Below, one piece after another: positions 60,198 through 64,000 of a stretch of 64,000 nucleotides of DNA. Made by a program: the position numbers and the translations under genes. Numbering within the stretch: position 1 is the first letter of the stretch; the number at the start of each line of letters is the position of its first letter. Source of the stretch: Candidatus Sericytochromatia bacterium (GTDB lineage Bacteria; Cyanobacteriota; Sericytochromatia; S15B-MN24; VGJW01); contig JAYKHS010000004.1 in NCBI GenBank assembly GCA_035285865.1, positions 1 to 64,000 of the forward strand, written 5' to 3'. The notes under the pieces were generated by a model. That model was not told the origin of the DNA and did no database searches. It worked only from the letters and a program-made list of their open reading frames with translations.

Positions 60198-62450
60198 TCA
60201 TGGGCCCAGCAAGGCCCGCAAGCTCCAGCGTGCCAGTTCGGGACTTCTTCGGGCAAGCGTCGCCGCGACTTCCGGTCGTGCAGCGACGCGCCCCAGGGCG
60301 AGGAGCACGGGGGCCGGGCGGCCTGACAGCACGGAGACAAGCCGCTGCCCCATCCACGGGTCGGCAGCAGCGTTCGCAAGCAGCAGGTCGATCGCCGCCT
60401 GCAGGAATGGGGTCAGCGGAATCGGGGCGGCTGCAAGCGCGAGACAGATTCGCATCAAGGCCTCGTCGGTCAGCTCGCCTGCGGCGTCCATCGTCTCGGG
60501 TAGCCAGGTGCGTGCCAGTTCACGAGCGCCCGGCGAGCCGGGCAGGGTAGCCAGCCAGTGGGGGAATTGCTGCCACCACGTGCGCGGCTGTCGGAAGGTC
60601 GCCTCGACGAGGTCGGTCGCCACCGGCAGGGCGCGGGCGGAGTGCGCGGGCGGATGCTGGGCCAGTGCACGCAGCAGGGCCAGCAAGAGGGGGTCGTCGT
60701 GGGGTTGCTGTCCGAGGCGGCCGAGGCAATCTCCCAGCCAGGCGAGGCCGTCCTCGGAAACGAGCCATGGCCCGAGGCGTCGGGCCAGATCGACCACGTC
60801 CAGGCGCTCGAGGTCCAGATCCCGGTCGATCAGGGTGGCGAGGCGTGCACTGTTGGCTCGGGAATCGGCATCCGGCTGCTTCGGCCAAGCCACAGCGATC
60901 AGGGCATCGCCCAGGGGCCGCCCGTCCCCCGCCAGCAGCCAGTCCATGGCCTCCGGCAACCACGCAGCCGCGGGTAGCGGTTGCTCCCGGGCTGCCATCT
61001 CGAGCGTGGCCGTGATCCGATCGAGGTCGAGCCTGCCATCCGGCAGCCATTCGTGCAGCAGTCGTTGCCGCAGTGACGGTTCGGCCCCCGTCAGCATCAG
61101 CCGTGCAGCCGCCGGAAGGGCCACCTCGAGGAACTTGAACTCGGGCCACGTGGCCAGAACCATGCCCTCCATCGTGATGGCTGTCCGGGCAAGCGTGGCG
61201 AGTGTATCGGGAAGGTGGAACGGCTGGTCCTCGAGGATCAGCGTCAGGCGTTCGAGGACCTCCCCGAGGGGCAGCATCCGCGTGCCCTTGCGGCCAATCT
61301 GGATATCGACCAGATCGCGCAGCAGCGGCACCAGGCGGTCCCGGTCGACATCCTCCGGGAACATCCCGAGGCCGGTCAGGCCATCGATCAGGCCTTCCCA
61401 ATCCTCCCGCACCAGATCGAGAAAGCAGCTCACGAGGGCCAGGCGCACCGCCGTCGGGAACGTCGCGACGAGGCCCCAGTCCAGGTAGGCCACCTCGCCC
61501 TTGGGGGTGACGAGAATGTTGCCGGGGTGGGTGTCGGCGTGGAAGAAGCCGTGCTCCAGCAGTTGCGTGACGAAGCACGTCACCCCGAGGCGCACCGGTC
61601 CCCGGAAGTCGACGCCCATTCGGGCCATGCCTTCCAGATCATGGAATTTGACCCCGTCGATCCACTCCATCACGAGGACGCTGGAGGTCGTCAGTTCGCG
61701 AATCGGCCTCGGAGCGAGAATGCCTGGAGTTCCGGCCATGTTGGCAAGGAACCGCTCGGCGTTGGTGGCTTCCGCGAGGAAGTCCATCTGGGCTTCCAGA
61801 CCGCTCAGGAAGTCATCGGCCATCCGCTGCCACGGCAACGCCTTGAGGCGAAGCAGGCCGGCAGGTAGACGCCGCCCGGGACGCCGGGCAAGCACTCGGG
61901 TCCACCACGCAAGGAGGGCTGAGCCTGATCGCAACAACGCCCCGTCCACCGCGATGCGTCCGGCGAGGTCCGGGCGACGGATCTTCACGGCGACGGACTG
62001 GCCGTCGTGCAGGCGGCCGCGATGGACCTGGGCCATCGAAGCCGCCGCGTGGGGTACGGGATCGACCGCGCAAAGCAGCGTCCCGAGCCGATCGCCCAAC
62101 TCGGCGCGAAGCACGCCAGGTGCGTAGTCCGGTGGCTCTGGGGGGACGGCATCCTGTAACAGCTGGAGAATGTCGCGCCAAGACCGGGGCAGGATGTCCA
62201 CCCGGGTGGAAAGCGTCTGTCCCAGCTTGATGCCTACGGGGCCCAGGCCGACGAGTCCGTGCAGCAGGCGACGGGCGGCACGTCTCTCGGCATTCAGGGC
62301 ACGGTCTTCGCGCCCGAGATGTGCCCAGATGCGCGCTGCTGTCAGGGCTGCCAGAACGCCGAAAGCAACCCGAAGCCAGGCGATCAGGCGCAGCGCGCGA
62401 CGGGTGCCGGCTCTCGCCGTCACCGGCCGAGTGTCGGCCTTGGTCTCCAC
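60198..62450 (-). CDS. ABC1/UbiB (AarF) atypical kinase with long helical C-terminal extension
   Basis: LGP..IKLGQ.LSTR.D, AASMAQVH, VAVKI, FFHADTHPGN and LDWG motifs. Confidence 0.92.
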   Translation of the reverse strand: METKADTRPVTARAGTRRALRLIAWLRVAFGVLAALTAARIWAHLGREDRALNAERRAARRLLHGLVGLGPVGIKLGQTLSTRVDILPRSWRDILQLLQDAVPPEPPDYAPGVLRAELGDRLGTLLCAVDPVPHAAASMAQVHRGRLHDGQSVAVKIRRPDLAGRIAVDGALLRSGSALLAWWTRVLARRPGRRLPAGLLRLKALPWQRMADDFLSGLEAQMDFLAEATNAERFLANMAGTPGILAPRPIRELTTSSVLVMEWIDGVKFHDLEGMARMGVDFRGPVRLGVTCFVTQLLEHGFFHADTHPGNILVTPKGEVAYLDWGLVATFPTAVRLALVSCFLDLVREDWEGLIDGLTGLGMFPEDVDRDRLVPLLRDLVDIQIGRKGTRMLPLGEVLERLTLILEDQPFHLPDTLATLARTAITMEGMVLATWPEFKFLEVALPAAARLMLTGAEPSLRQRLLHEWLPDGRLDLDRITATLEMAAREQPLPAAAWLPEAMDWLLAGDGRPLGDALIAVAWPKQPDADSRANSARLATLIDRDLDLERLDVVDLARRLGPWLVSEDGLAWLGDCLGRLGQQPHDDPLLLALLRALAQHPPAHSARALPVATDLVEATFRQPRTWWQQFPHWLATLPGSPGARELARTWLPETMDAAGELTDEALMRICLALAAAPIPLTPFLQAAIDLLLANAAADPWMGQRLVSVLSGRPAPVLLALGRVAARPEVAATLARRSPELARWSLRALLGP

Positions 62451-62550
62451 GGTCTCAGGGTACCGGGTTGCGTCCGTTCTGTGAGGGAAGTCCTAGCGAT
62501 GAGACCTCGGGCGGCTTCAGGATCGGCCTCGGGAGAGGTAGCCCTTCAGC

Positions 62551-64000
62551 ATGCGCAGCAATATCGTGGGGATCGGACTTCTGGCCGCCGGCCTGGTGCT
62601 GGCCGGTCCGGCCGAGGCACGTCGGGTCCGCAAGGCTCCGGCCACCGAGCGCCGGACGTCGGAGCCGGGTGAGGGCGGCGGCAGGACTGCAGTCGCACAG
62701 GCGGAGCCGAGTGCGGGTGACCCGGCCCTGCAGGAGGCCTACCCGCGGGTTCAGGCTCTGGCGGTGACGCAGGCACGCCTCGTGCAGGACGTCTTGTCGC
62801 AGACCATCCTGCTCATGCAGGGCTTTGCCGACGGCAATCCGTCCGAGGGTGCTCGGGCGTTGTTGCGGTGGGCCGACAAGGGGCAGGATTCGGTGCGCGT
62901 TGTGGCGTGGCAATCGGGCGACGGTATCGTGCCCCGTGCGCTGGAGGTGCTGACGACCGGCAAGCCTTGGGTGGGTTCTCACCGGGTGGCCGGCCAGGCG
63001 CGCATCCTGGTGTTGGTCCCGATGGTGGAGCGGCATCGCCTCGTGCGTGCCGAATTGGCCGCGGACCGTATTCTGGCGCCCTTTGCCTCGGCGCGCATCG
63101 GTGAAGAGGGGCGGATGGTGTTGCTGGATGCCGGCGGTGCGCCGTTGTCCTCCGTGGCCGGTCGGCCGCTGGCCTTCGGGCCGGACGCCCTGCTTCCCGC
63201 CATGGCCCAGCCTCAAGGCACCTTCGAGAGCAGCAGGGCCATCTACGGTCTGGCACGCATCCAGCCGTCCGACTGGGCCGTGATGGTCGAGGCACCCAAG
63301 GCCGCACTGCGCGCCGGTGGCGAGCTGCCTGACGAGAATCGCCTGCGTGCGGCTTGGCCTGTCGACCCACCCATCACCCTCGAAGCCGAGGGCGAGGCTT
63401 TCCCCTGGCGGTTCGCGATCGGTGGCGGGTTGTTGCTTGCGCTCGGCTTCGGCGGATGGCGGATGCTGGGGACGTGGCGTCGGCGTCGCCCCGAGGAGTC
63501 GATGGTGCTGGATGGTGATTGGGGCGATGTGCCCATGGACCCCGAAGCCGCTCCGCCTCTGGCGGCCGTGGCCACGGACGGGTTGGCCGAGGCGCATCGG
63601 GAGGCGCGGCGTGAGCAACCCGAGGAGGATCATGTCCTTCGCCAGGCCGTGCAGCAGCAGGGGCGTGACCACGAACGGATGCTGGGGCAATTGCAGCAAT
63701 CGCTGGAGTTGACCATCGAGGAAACGCGTCGGCAGTTCCACGACATCCTGGAAGTCCATCAGGGACGCATGAAGGCGCTGGCAGCCGCACTCGAGACGAC
63801 GCGGGCGGATCTCGCCGGCAAGGCCGAGGGCGAGGTGATGACGGCGACGCTCGAGGAGCTGCGCACCCGGATGTACGAGGCCGAAGCCGATCAGCGCCAG
63901 CAGGGTGCAGGCCTCGAGAAGCGGCTTTCCGCGGTCCAGAAGCGTCTGGGCGAGATGGACCAGACCCTGGGCCGCGCCGTCGACGACCTCAAGGACAAGC
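62551..64000 (+). CDS. Membrane protein, partial: signal peptide, Cache-like periplasmic domain, TM, coiled coil
   Basis: ATG 62551 (MRSNIVGIGLLAAGLVLAGPAEA). The frame appears open to the window end, which explains its absence from the ORF track. Contains IGEEGRMVLLD...WAVMVEAP, a TM and a heptad-rich tail. Confidence 0.7.
   Translation, partial: MRSNIVGIGLLAAGLVLAGPAEARRVRKAPATERRTSEPGEGGGRTAVAQAEPSAGDPALQEAYPRVQALAVTQARLVQDVLSQTILLMQGFADGNPSEGARALLRWADKGQDSVRVVAWQSGDGIVPRALEVLTTGKPWVGSHRVAGQARILVLVPMVERHRLVRAELAADRILAPFASARIGEEGRMVLLDAGGAPLSSVAGRPLAFGPDALLPAMAQPQGTFESSRAIYGLARIQPSDWAVMVEAPKAALRAGGELPDENRLRAAWPVDPPITLEAEGEAFPWRFAIGGGLLLALGFGGWRMLGTWRRRRPEESMVLDGDWGDVPMDPEAAPPLAAVATDGLAEAHREARREQPEEDHVLRQAVQQQGRDHERMLGQLQQSLELTIEETRRQFHDILEVHQGRMKALAAALETTRADLAGKAEGEVMTATLEELRTRMYEAEADQRQQGAGLEKRLSAVQKRLGEMDQTLGRAVDDLKDK

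Overview
This is a GC-rich bacterial chromosome segment made mostly of housekeeping and signalling genes. I found no prophage, IS element or CRISPR array. RNA genes: the 3' end of an rRNA locus (5S plus terminator) and three tRNAs (Ser-GCT, an atypical Ser-CGA, Gln-CTG). Core genes: gatA/gatB, ribD, surE, tig-clpP-clpX, trxA, mfd-prsA-mazG, engB, lgt, tadA, iscA, speB, gyrA and an aroK-aroB fusion. Also present: a Zur/ZIP zinc module, a STAS/anti-sigma pair, two PP2C phosphatases, a cytoplasmic Ser/Thr kinase with NHL repeats, CheY with an MshEN-like/CheX protein, a DUF4912 + GH57 pair, three type IV prepilin-like genes and an ABC1 kinase. The mix suggests a diderm, non-photosynthetic relative of Cyanobacteria, such as Sericytochromatia; this is inference and was not checked. 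The most interesting unexplained signals are: (1) three clustered GAAC-N4-GTTC (LexA-type) boxes in front of an unannotated 38-codon ORF that has a structured leader and its own hairpin; (2) C-terminal beta-clamp-binding-like motifs on a YgjP/DUF45 metalloprotease (QLTLF) and on a deoxynucleoside kinase (QTSLF); (3) many genes with a -10 box only 5-8 nt before the start codon, implying leaderless mRNA; (4) an aldehyde dehydrogenase resembling plant ALDH12; (5) a gyrA-coupled MshEN-like/PP2C/kinase operon; (6) a switch-like structured leader before a KamA-family gene. All family calls come from motif recognition by eye, not database searches.
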